From Candidatus Eiseniibacteriota bacterium (GTDB lineage Bacteria > Eisenbacteria > RBG-16-71-46), in contig JBGAOA010000070.1 in the NCBI GenBank assembly GCA_044222065.1, forward strand, positions 1 through 22,106: a DNA stretch of 22,106 nucleotides, read 5' to 3'. Positions 9,101 through 18,349 of this stretch are shown here, piece after piece; position 1 is the stretch's first letter, and every line of letters starts with the position of its first letter. Under the pieces are notes generated by a model, which had not been told where the DNA came from, searched no databases, and worked only from the letters and a program-made list of their open reading frames with translations. The translations under genes were made by a program, and so were the position numbers.

Positions 9101-9675
9101 GGCTGCAGCGCTTCTTCACGAACCCGCAGATGCGCACGTCGTACTCGCGCTCGATCACGAAGGACTACCGCAACGGCCAGAGCACGCCGACGGGCATCGC
9201 GACGAGCAGCCAGTGGCAGCCGCTGCTGAGCCTCGACGGCGACCTCAAGAACCAGACGCGCGTCTCGTTCAAGGTCGAACGCCGCGTGACGCAGCGCGAC
9301 AACCTTCAGCTCAACGCGTCGCGCACGACCGACCGCAACACCGACGTGAACCTGAACCTGTCGCGGTCGTACTCGCGCGGGCAGAAGGTGAAGTTCCTGA
9401 ACAAGGAGACGACCGTGAAGACGGCGGTCTCGCTGTCGCTCGCGGCCGTCTACTCGCGCCAGAGCGGCGAGACGGTCGCGCTCGAGGGCAAGGACAAGAA
9501 GCCGAGCAATCCACAGTTGCGCGACCGCTTGTCCGTCAACGGCCGCGGGTCGTATTCCTTCAGCAACAACGTCACGGGCAACGTGTCGCTCGGCTTCGGC
9601 CAGACGCGCAACGTGCTGCAGAAGTCGGTCAACCGGAACGTGCGCGTCGAGGTGAGCGCCTCGTTCACGTTCTGA
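3124..9675 (+). CDS. sprA: SprA/Sov-like giant outer-membrane beta-barrel protein (type IX secretion translocon family), 2183 aa
   Basis: SprA-family motifs in the expected order: YKGDEDDLVQALDLGNTNLTLP, GLFGAK, GSEKVTVSG...DYEIDYDLG, GEEP, YVDDMEG, LHWY, IDLGVVSED, PDTEDMN.NGTLD, WRRYRIPL, WFDELR. Hydrophobic N-terminus, amphipathic beta-strands, C-terminal Phe beta-signal (EVSASFTF). Confidence 0.88.
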   Translation: MSPLLTLPLLAISLAFPWFGKLPAWKSKPRATTVAADTLPPVWRPASRLALQSELVRPTLPALRRFYVGLQLREDPRRLRVSFDADSATLSTGVEMGSIPLGGASRLPLGEFARDLPATSFEKQWLQSNRERLNSLGQYSSANVPQSGMGLSVHFPSPLPQRFRSILGPGSPALTLRGTESIRLSGQSNWTNQQIGPLGRKQSLFPSLDMQQDLDIQLEGQLSDRIKVNLLQNTGIQVPLANRIAINYKGDEDDLVQALDLGNTNLTLPGTQYVSYSGKNEGLFGAKATTRIGPLDFTMLASKQEGRSERAAYAGGASSQKQSISDHDWIHGRFFFLYEPNGPSLYIPPDSVQVYLDDANAYNDVATGARTGRAYVDPSTTPVDTLNTISVRGSFAVLNYGADLDYEINRTLYGPLFPVLHLARDVTYNQAIAVSYYAYPVLGVDGQGRPILGDRFRVGGTIGTESPTDTTSILQLKLVRPPANKLKQSGIGFDTTDVFVQARELELKNVYQLPGQRIDPQTFKLSIRKGRDDPPVTTFRTAATGDTALTFLEAVGLDNFDETTGQSLEGHDGRVDGTLPSQQNRYFVDFENGLLMFYDLRPFAPRLYKPFESSVANVLFRRARLDGPVDSPNEANPAPYDVYTPLRDVNTKYLIDVELSAQRATGEINLGRTNILEGSEKVTVSGVEWVRNRDYEIDYDLGRLTLKKQLGATENLSVDYSYAPLFAQAGRTLVGSAFKLEGRDKLFGGAFMYESKGAQDLRPRLGEEPSRSVIGDLNTDWTFRPDWVTRLVDALPGLRTTAQSEFRFQGEVGASFPNPNTRNEVYVDDMEGVRDAVSVSLDRGRWRYAAPPRVRSGGIERRIDEVSGRKLAELHWYSPASTVLESDLKPKLTEAQGSKNRRLVLAMSVPRRPLTALPTDTLWTGLTYVLDQQGFDLSRSQFIELWVSDWADYHSGVSQPRVRGRNVRLNIDLGVVSEDQQRVPNRPANNKLDTEDQGNPPDGQLTIAEGNNEDTGFDGVDPDTAVFNGANPLDPRNLDLVTANGDDPAGDRFETIQDSPNKEDIDPRRYVRVNGTEENHNLDPLPDTEDMNLNGTLDRDEDFFRYTIDLGDPNQRYLITDVQRDFPDAVPPPAADNGWRRYRIPLTDSLRTAFGNPNLSLTRHVRVWLDGLYDGDGAPDSRGVVKPLVMLGGLEIVGSRWQSVALTDSQKTAGTTQTLNSVNSVDNAERYVAPFDPGRTRSGSQELARREQSVALEFTRFQPGDTLEAYKTFSIDENYSRYGTLNWYAAAFDVDGYIAGADTLYYFVRFASDEQGRNYYEYKSLLPPSSQALAIAWREVRLALTELSNVKLRSDFPTTGDILYRVAAETPGDSIVIRGRPSFTRLRRVSFGLLNPLNSRVYDRGELWFDELRATDVAKDRGTAQRITTSGRFANLANYNISWDARDADFITVGQSRGSGTSNDQFNFTGGLDPSRFVEGTGIALPLNFTYSRNTQKPRFTAGDDVVRTGALADASVTRTETRGFSTNYARTWGPRSNPFLKYTVGGVTANFSRNESESVSPSGASNSRTTNLNVAYAIAPRELVAIGLPLTKARLRPLPERLFWNYSSTRSDAKNYTRSDDGSALFLTSAPSGRTGTLAFGADTRPLDFFHHHVDALRNLELDEPLREKVAGVNLGRVVNWRQNMDAAFGLNKGDWLTPRFSWNSSYAQDNRPELSPRRDLSVRAVSNTQSMSVSWSLPFDRLAAPPKTAPGGQRFSPGGRPIGGPVPSPGATGSPPRAGTLAGAGVNPAAPGGAPAVTPGGPPPGGTGADPSQPAGGPEPSESEDVPRELPGLTPPQAAPAPPIAAADSAAADTTRRAVKPARPPITIDWRSIVSRLGRVSWDASWDRNSNFSRLTGTPSLGYLFGLSDDPGLASDSTGRVREEFGNVASFGTNWRTSARTRVTLPWDASVNTNAEWTSRRSESNRVLTKNASSRFPNFEITYGRLPQALRLQRFFTNPQMRTSYSRSITKDYRNGQSTPTGIATSSQWQPLLSLDGDLKNQTRVSFKVERRVTQRDNLQLNASRTTDRNTDVNLNLSRSYSRGQKVKFLNKETTVKTAVSLSLAAVYSRQSGETVALEGKDKKPSNPQLRDRLSVNGRGSYSFSNNVTGNVSLGFGQTRNVLQKSVNRNVRVEVSASFTF

Positions 9676-9688
9676 TCGGGGAGGAACG

Positions 9689-10609
9689 GTGCGGACGAAG
9701 AACCTCTGGCTGCTGGTCGCGGTGGCGCTCGCGGGGCTCGCCTCGTGCTCGGCGGGGCTTCCGGCCCCGGACGGCGCGCGCGCGCACGCGCGCGTCGTGA
9801 AGCAGGTCGGGTTCGGTCCGCGTACGCCGGGCTCGCCGGGCCACGCGGCCTGCCGCGAGTGGATCGAGTCCGAACTGAAGCGTCTCGGGGCGACGGTGGA
9901 GATCCAGCGCGGCGAGGACTCGCTGCGCGGCGAGCCGCTGCCGATCGTGAACGTGATCGGCCGCTTCGGCCCCGAGTCCGGGCCGCCGCTCCTGCTGTGC
10001 GCGCACTACGACACGCGGCCCTGGTGCGACCGCGACCCCGATCCCGCGCTCCGGCAGCAGCCGCTCGCGGGCGCGAACGACGCCGGCTCGGGGGTCGCCG
10101 TGCTGCTCGAGGTCGCCGAGGCGTTCGCGAAGCGCCCGCCGCGCGTGCCCGTGCACCTCGTCTTCTTCGACGCCGAGGACCAGGGCCGCTCGGACCTCCC
10201 GCAGGAGTTCAGCCGCGGCTCGGCCTACTTCGCCTCGAAGCTGCCCGCCCGTGGCGCCCCCGGGCGGCCACGCGCCGGCATCGTGTTCGACATGATCGGC
10301 GACAAGGACCTGCGCATCCCGGTCGAGCAGAATTCGGCCGCCCGCGCGGGCAACCTCGTCGCGATCGTCCGGGCCGCGGCGCGCGCGACGGGCGCCCGGC
10401 ACTTCGTGGACGAGGCCGGCTTCAACGTCGCCGACGACCACCTGCCGCTGCTGGACGCCGGCGTCCCGGCCGTGGACCTGATCGACATCGAATACGACGC
10501 CTGGCACACGACCCGGGACCTGCCCGACCAGGTGAGCCCAGAGAGCCTCGCCGAGGTCTCCCGGGTCGCGATCTGGCTCGCGCTCGCGAGCGATCTCGCC
10601 CGTCCCTGA
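9689..10609 (+). CDS. M28-family zinc lipoprotein, probable glutaminyl cyclase (glutaminyl-peptide cyclotransferase), 306 aa
   Basis: GTG start with GGGGAGGA SD, 13 nt after the sprA stop. Lipobox LASC (Cys20). Motifs GPRTPGS.GH, LLCAHYDTRP, GANDAGSG, FFDAEDQG, FDMIGD, DDHLP, WHT..D. M28 family is clear; cyclase versus aminopeptidase is inferred. Confidence 0.75.
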   Translation: MRTKNLWLLVAVALAGLASCSAGLPAPDGARAHARVVKQVGFGPRTPGSPGHAACREWIESELKRLGATVEIQRGEDSLRGEPLPIVNVIGRFGPESGPPLLLCAHYDTRPWCDRDPDPALRQQPLAGANDAGSGVAVLLEVAEAFAKRPPRVPVHLVFFDAEDQGRSDLPQEFSRGSAYFASKLPARGAPGRPRAGIVFDMIGDKDLRIPVEQNSAARAGNLVAIVRAAARATGARHFVDEAGFNVADDHLPLLDAGVPAVDLIDIEYDAWHTTRDLPDQVSPESLAEVSRVAIWLALASDLARP

Positions 10610-10657
10610 ACGCGCGGACGACCGCGGCCGTTCGACCCCGTCGAACCCCCAGCCGAC

Positions 10658-10687
10658 TTGCCCGGGGCGTCGCGGCTGGAGTAGTGT
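10658..10687 (+). promoter_or_regulatory. Putative sigma70 promoter of the rimP operon
   Basis: TTGCCC (10658-10663), 18-bp spacer, TAGTGT (10682-10687), just upstream of the leader hairpin. Same -35 hexamer as upstream of rpsO. Confidence 0.45.
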
Positions 10688-10697
10688 GCGGCTCCGA

Positions 10698-10728
10698 GGA
10701 GTGGGGAAGGCGCGACCACTCCATTTTT
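10698..10728 (+). promoter_or_regulatory. rimP leader (terminator-like attenuator hairpin)
   Basis: GGAGTGG (10698-10704) pairs with CCACTCC (10716-10722), followed by ATTTTT. Matches the GAGTGGG...CCACTC-U-tract motif widely conserved upstream of rimP-nusA operons. Confidence 0.65.
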
Positions 10729-10748
10729 CATCCCTGCCTGGAGTGCAA

Positions 10749-11234
10749 TTGGAAGTCCGAGAAGAGGTTCGCCAGTTGGCGCAGCCGCTTGCGGACGAGG
10801 CCGGCTTCGAGCTCGTGGACGTCGAGTTCACGTCCGCGGGGCGTCATCGGATCGTCCGCGTGCTGCTCGACCGACCCGGCGGCATCACGGTCGGCGAGTG
10901 TCAGGCGTTCAGCCGGCGGCTCTCGGATTGTCTGGACATGAATCAGATGCTCAGCGGCGCGTACTTCCTCGAGGTCAGCTCGCCCGGGGTGGATCGTCCG
11001 CTGCGCACGTTGGATTCGATCTCGAGGTTTGCCGGCAAGCCGGCGGTCGTCACGCTGCACGACGCGAAGGACGGCCGGCGGAAGTTCGACGGCGTGCTGC
11101 TGGGCCCCGACGGGACGCGCGTCGGGGTGCGGGGCGAGGAAGGCGAGTTCTGGTTCGAGTGGGTCGAGGTTCGCTCGGCCCGACTGAACGAGGATCCGTG
11201 GAGCGTGGTCCGTTCCCGGGGAGAGAACCGATGA
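10749..11234 (+). CDS. rimP: Ribosome maturation factor RimP (161 aa)
   Basis: TTG start after GGAG (10740-10743). GFELVDVE, GGITVGEC..FSR, YFLEVSSPGVDRPL. Directly upstream of nusA. Confidence 0.93.
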   Translation: MEVREEVRQLAQPLADEAGFELVDVEFTSAGRHRIVRVLLDRPGGITVGECQAFSRRLSDCLDMNQMLSGAYFLEVSSPGVDRPLRTLDSISRFAGKPAVVTLHDAKDGRRKFDGVLLGPDGTRVGVRGEEGEFWFEWVEVRSARLNEDPWSVVRSRGENR

Positions 11235-12624
11235 ACAGCGAAATCCTGGATGCGTTGAGTCAGATCACCCGCGAGAAGAGCGTCGATCGGGCATTGCTCA
11301 TCGAAACGCTCGAGCAGGGCCTGGCCAGCGCCGTGCGGCGCAAGTACGGCGCGACCGCCGACGTCGAGGTCAAGTTCGCTGTGGACTCGGGCTCGATCAC
11401 CATGGCCCTCCGCCGCACCGTCGTGGAGACCGTCGAGGATCCGGCGCTGCAGATGACCGTCGAGGAGGCGCGCGCGCACCGTCGCGACGCGAAGGTCGGC
11501 GACGTGCTCACGTTCCCGCTCTCGATCGCGGAGTTCGGACGCAACGCGATCCAGACGGCGAAGCAGGTGCTGATCCAGCGCGTGCGCGAGGCGGAGCGCG
11601 AGCGCGTGTTCCAGGAGTACTCCGACAAGATCGGCGTGCTCGTGCGCGGCGTCGTCCAGCAGGTGGACCGCGGAAACGTCATCGTGAAGCTCGACCATTC
11701 CGAGGGCTTCCTGCCGGCGCGCGAGCAGATCGCGCGTTCGTACCACCGACAGGGCGACTACGTGCGCGCGGTCGTCATCAACGTGGACAAGTCGGTCAAG
11801 GGGCCGCAGGTGATCCTGTCGCGCACGCATCCCGACTTCCTGCGGCGGCTGTTCGAGACCGAAGTGCCCGAGATCGCCGACAGCATCGTCGAGATCAAGG
11901 CGGTCGCCCGCGAGGCGGGCGCGCGCTCGAAGATCTCGGTGTTCTCGACCGACCCGCGCGTGGACGCGGTCGGGTCGTGCGTAGGCCTCAAGGGCTCGCG
12001 CGTTCAGAGCATCGTGCGCGAACTCGGCGGCGAGCGCATCGACATCGTGCCGTGGTCGAGCGACCCGTCGGTGTTCGTGTCGCGCGCGCTGTCGCCGGCG
12101 CGGGTGATGGACGTGAAGGTGAACGAGCCCGAACGCCGCATGATGGTGATCGTGGCCGACGACCAGCTGTCGCTCGCGATCGGCAAGGGCGGCCAGAACG
12201 CCCGCCTCGCGGCGCGGCTCACGGGCTGGAAGATCGACCTCGTTTCGAAGACCGAGCAGAAGAAGCGCGAGGAGCTCGACAAGGCGTCGCGCATCGAGGT
12301 CGAGAAGCTCGGCCTCGGCGAGTCGACGACCGAGAAGCTGATCTCGGGCGGCATCGAGACGGTGCAGGAACTCATCGTCACGCCGTTCGAGAAGCTCGTG
12401 GAGATTCCCGGCATCGGCGAGAAGACCGCCGAGAAGATCATGGGCGTCGCCCGCGAGTACCTCGAAGCTCACCCGCCCGCCGCGCCGGCCCCGGCCGCGG
12501 CGGCGGAACTGGAATTCGCGCCCGAGATGGAAGCGGCGCCGGTGGACGGCGCGGAGGCGGCCGAGGCCGCACCCGCAGACGAATCGGCGAACGCGGCCGA
12601 AGGCGTGTCGGAGGACAAGGCTCA

Positions 12625-12628
<4 letters not shown>
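11231..12628 (+). CDS. nusA: Transcription termination/antitermination factor NusA (465 aa)
   Basis: ATG overlaps the rimP stop (ATGA). FGRNAIQTAKQV, S1 domain, ILSRTHP, EVPEI, AREAGARSKI, VGSCVG.KGSRV, LSLAIGKGGQNARLAARLTGWKID, C-terminal HhH (IPGIGEKTAEKI). Confidence 0.97.
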
Positions 12629-15108
<2,480 letters not shown>

Positions 15109-15136
15109 GCCGGCGCGCCGCGCCGCGGACGGTCTC

Positions 15137-15418
15137 GTGTTCGTCGGAATCGTGCGCATCGAACTGCACATTCCCGCCGCCGGTTCGCTCAAGGCGAAGC
15201 GTCAGGTCGTGCGCAGCCTGAAGGAGCGCATCCAGGCGCGCGTGCACGCCGCCGTGGCCGAAGTGGACCACCAGGACCTGTGGCAGCGCGCCGCGCTCGG
15301 AGTCGCCGTCGTCTCCGCCGACGGCGGCCACGTTCGCGAGATGCTGCAGGCCGTGCGCGGGCTCGTGGAGGCGCAGTACGACGCCGTCCTCACGGACTGG
15401 CAGGAGCAGATCCAATGA
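15137..15418 (+). CDS. DUF503 (YlxP-like) protein, 93 aa
   Basis: MFVGIVRIELHIP..SLKAKRQVV, AVAEVDHQDLWQRA.LG. Canonical position between infB and rbfA. Confidence 0.9.
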   Translation: MFVGIVRIELHIPAAGSLKAKRQVVRSLKERIQARVHAAVAEVDHQDLWQRAALGVAVVSADGGHVREMLQAVRGLVEAQYDAVLTDWQEQIQ

Positions 15419-15783
15419 GAATCCGTCCCGAACGCGTCGCGCAGCTCATGCGCCGCGAGATCGCCCAGCTGCTCGAACACGAGATGCGCGACCCGCGCCT
15501 CTCGACGATGGTGAGCGTCACCGACGTCGAGGTGACGAACGACCTGTCTTCCGCGAAGGTGTGGGTCAGCACGCTCGGAGAGGCGCGCGAGCGCGCGTCG
15601 CTGCTCGAAGGACTCGCGAGCGCGGCGGGCTTCATCCGCCGCGAACTCGGCCCGCGGCTCGGCCTGCGCGAGGTGCCCGAGATCCGCTTCCTGTTCGACG
15701 AGTCGCTCGAGCGGGGCGCGCGCGTGGACTCCATCCTCAAGAAGCTCCACGACGGCGAGCCGATCGAGGACGACGAGGCGTGA
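15415..15783 (+). CDS. rbfA: 30S ribosome-binding factor RbfA (122 aa)
   Basis: ATG overlaps the DUF503 stop. RPERVAQLMRREI, DPRL, VTDVEVTNDLSSAKV, AAGFIR, LREVPEIRFLFDES. Confidence 0.95.
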   Translation: MRIRPERVAQLMRREIAQLLEHEMRDPRLSTMVSVTDVEVTNDLSSAKVWVSTLGEARERASLLEGLASAAGFIRRELGPRLGLREVPEIRFLFDESLERGARVDSILKKLHDGEPIEDDEA

Positions 15784-16772
15784 GCGCAGTGGCGTCCGCC
15801 GATCCGCCGCGCACGCCCCGCGCTCCCGGCGCGCTCGCGGGGCTGCTGCTCACGGACAAGCCGACGGGCGTCACGTCGCACGACCTCGTCGCGCGCGCGC
15901 GACGCGCGCTCGGCGTGCGGGCGATCGGCCACCTCGGCACGCTCGACCCCGACGCGAGCGGGCTGCTCGTGCTCGTGATCGGACCCGCGACGCGCTGCGC
16001 CCCCGTGTGGCAGGGCGGCACGAAGACGTACGAGGCCTCGGCCCGGCTCGGGATCACGACGACGACGCAGGATCTCTCCGGCGAGACGCTCGCGACGCGC
16101 GACGTGCGCGTCGGCGAGGACGACGTGCGGCGCGCGGCGCTCGCGCTCACGGGAGAGATCGAGCAGGTGCCGCCGATGGTCTCGGCGCTCAAGCACCGCG
16201 GCGAGCGGCTGCACGCGATCGCGCGCCGCGGCGAGACCGTCGAGCGCGCGCCGCGCCGCGTGCGCGTCGAGTCGTGGGAATGGCTCGGCTTCGCGCTCCC
16301 GGAAGTGCGCTTCCGCGTGCGCGTCTCGGGCGGCACCTACGTTCGCACGCTCGCCCACGATCTCGGCGAATCACTCGGCTGTGGCGCCGCGCTCTCGGCG
16401 CTGCGGCGCACGCGCAGCGAACCGCTCGGACTCGATCGCGCCGTGTCGTGGACCGACCTCGCGACGCTCGACGCCGGCGCGTTGTGGGCGAAGGGCGGAA
16501 TCGGCCTCGATCGCGCGCTCGACGTGCTGCCGGCGGCTACGCTCGACGACGCGGAGGCGCTCGCGATCGGCGCGGGCGGACGTCCGCGCCGGCCCGCCGC
16601 GGCGTGCGCGGGCCTTCCGCTCGCCGCCGGGCCGCGGTCGCTCGTGATGCGCGACCTCGCGGGCGCGGCGCTCGCGCTCGGCGAACTCGTGCCCGTTCCC
16701 GAGGACGGCGGCACGCTCGCGCTCGCGCCGCACGTCGTGTTCCCGTGGGCGGTGCGGGAGGGACGTCCGTGA
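15780..16772 (+). CDS. truB: tRNA pseudouridine(55) synthase TruB (~330 aa)
   Basis: [54 protein letters not shown] start overlaps the rbfA stop (alternative GTG at 15789). Confidence 0.93.
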   Translation: MSAVASADPPRTPRAPGALAGLLLTDKPTGVTSHDLVARARRALGVRAIGHLGTLDPDASGLLVLVIGPATRCAPVWQGGTKTYEASARLGITTTTQDLSGETLATRDVRVGEDDVRRAALALTGEIEQVPPMVSALKHRGERLHAIARRGETVERAPRRVRVESWEWLGFALPEVRFRVRVSGGTYVRTLAHDLGESLGCGAALSALRRTRSEPLGLDRAVSWTDLATLDAGALWAKGGIGLDRALDVLPAATLDDAEALAIGAGGRPRRPAAACAGLPLAAGPRSLVMRDLAGAALALGELVPVPEDGGTLALAPHVVFPWAVREGRP

Positions 16773-17671
16773 GCATCGTCTCGGTCGGCGTCTTCGACGG
16801 CCTGCACCTCGGGCACCTCGAGATCCTGCACGTCGGCGCGCGCCGCGCCCGCGGGGCGCCGCGCGCCGTCGTGTCGTTCGATCCGCATCCCGACGTCGTG
16901 CTGGCGAAGACGTTCGCGCCGCTCGCGCCGCTCACGCCGCTCACCGAGAAGCGCCGGCGGCTCGAAGCGCTCGGCGTCGAGCGATTCGAGGTGCTGCCGT
17001 TCACGCGCGAACTCGCCGCGCTCGAACCCGAGACGTTCGTCGAGCGCCACCTGCTCGCGCCCTTCGGCATGACGACGCTCGTCGTCGGCGCGAACTTCGC
17101 GCTCGGCCGCGGCCGGAGCGGGAACCTCGAGCGGCTGCGCGCGATCGGGCGCGAGCGCGGCTTCGACGTCGAGGCCGTGCCGCTGCTGCGCATGGACGGC
17201 GACGTCGTGAGCAGTTCGCGCGTGCGCGCACGGCTCTCGGAGGGGCGCGTGGCCGAAGCGGCGCGGTTGCTCGGACGCCGCTACGAACTCGCGGGGCGGG
17301 TCGTGACGGGCGAGGCGATCGGCCGCACGCTCGGCGTGCCGACCGCGAACCTGCGGCTCCACGAGGAGAAGTTCCTGCCGTCGGACGGCGTGTACGCGGC
17401 CCGCGCGCGGCTCGAAGGGGAGTCGCTGTGGCGGCCGGCGGTCACGAGCCTCGGCATGCGTCCGGTCTTCGACGGGCGCGAGCGCGCGCTCGAAGTCCAC
17501 CTGCTGGACTGGAGCGGGGAACTGGTCGGACGGGAACTCGACGTCGAACTCGTCGAATGGATCCGGGGTCAGGTGAAGTTCCCCTCTCGCGAGGCGCTCG
17601 CGGAAGCCATGTCCGGCGACCTCGCCGAGACCCGGCGCCTGCTCGGACTCGAGACCGCCCGGCGCGGCTGA
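16769..17671 (+). CDS. ribF: Bifunctional riboflavin kinase / FAD synthetase (300 aa)
   Basis: [54 protein letters not shown] overlaps the truB stop. Confidence 0.93.
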   Translation: MSIVSVGVFDGLHLGHLEILHVGARRARGAPRAVVSFDPHPDVVLAKTFAPLAPLTPLTEKRRRLEALGVERFEVLPFTRELAALEPETFVERHLLAPFGMTTLVVGANFALGRGRSGNLERLRAIGRERGFDVEAVPLLRMDGDVVSSSRVRARLSEGRVAEAARLLGRRYELAGRVVTGEAIGRTLGVPTANLRLHEEKFLPSDGVYAARARLEGESLWRPAVTSLGMRPVFDGRERALEVHLLDWSGELVGRELDVELVEWIRGQVKFPSREALAEAMSGDLAETRRLLGLETARRG

Positions 17672-17778
17672 ACGTCGCGATTCCCGCCGCCGGAGCCCGC
17701 CAGGATCGGCCCCTCCCGAGGTCCGGCGGCGCCGCCACCCGGGCGGCGGAAATCCAAGCGCGGCTTGAACCTCCGTCC

Positions 17779-17807
17779 TTGCCCGACCCCCGGCACGATG
17801 CTATGTT
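17779..17807 (+). promoter_or_regulatory. Putative sigma70 promoter for rpsO-pnp
   Basis: TTGCCC (17779-17784), 17-bp spacer, TATGTT (17802-17807) with extended -10 TG at 17799-17800. Confidence 0.55.
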
Positions 17808-17822
17808 CCCGCGTCCTTTCTC

Positions 17823-17916
17823 ACGGGGTCTCCCGACCCCGTCGCTCGGCCTCTCGAGAACTTGCACTCGAAGGCGCGGGCTTTGGCGACTCCACCCCAT
17901 GCAAGAGGTGACCGGC
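17823..17916 (+). promoter_or_regulatory. Candidate structured rpsO (S15) leader RNA
   Basis: Hairpin ACGGGGTC-TCCC-GACCCCGT (17823-17842). Bulged stem 17844-17858/17867-17881 whose loop CTTGCA is complementary to TGCAAG (17900-17905) abutting the SD. Confidence 0.45.
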
Positions 17917-18186
17917 GTGACGCTCTCCAAGGAGCAGAAGCAGGGCATCATCGTGAAGTACAAGATCCACGACGCGGACTCGGGCTCGCCCGAGGTGCAG
18001 ATCGCGCTCCTCACCGAGAAGATCGTGTACCTCACCGAGCACTTCAAGATTCACAAGCGCGACCACGCGTCCCGCCGCGGGCTGCTCCGCATGGTGGGGC
18101 AGCGTCGCCGTCTCCTCGACTACCTCAAGGCGACGAAGGTGGAGCGCTATCGCAAGGTCGTGAAGGACCTGGGCCTGCGCCGCTAG
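17917..18186 (+). CDS. rpsO: 30S ribosomal protein S15 (89 aa)
   Basis: GTG start after [51 protein letters not shown]. Confidence 0.97.
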   Translation: MTLSKEQKQGIIVKYKIHDADSGSPEVQIALLTEKIVYLTEHFKIHKRDHASRRGLLRMVGQRRRLLDYLKATKVERYRKVVKDLGLRR

Positions 18187-18199
18187 GCGCGGACCCACC

Positions 18200-18322
18200 G
18201 GAGCGTTGGGACGCCCCCGCGTGGGGGCGTCACGCTCCAACCGGCGGGTAGGCTAACCCGCACGGCCGTCCGCAGGCATCGCTACCCGGGACGGCGAAGA
18301 GTGGTCCGGCGTGGGCCGGACC
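18200..18322 (+). other. Four tandem hairpins in the rpsO-pnp spacer
   Basis: Stems at 18200-18238 (7 bp + 9 bp with a 3-nt bulge), 18244-18261, 18265-18295 and 18303-18322. No U-tract. Confidence 0.5.
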
Positions 18323-18349
18323 GGCAGGCGAGAGGATCGGACGAACCGA

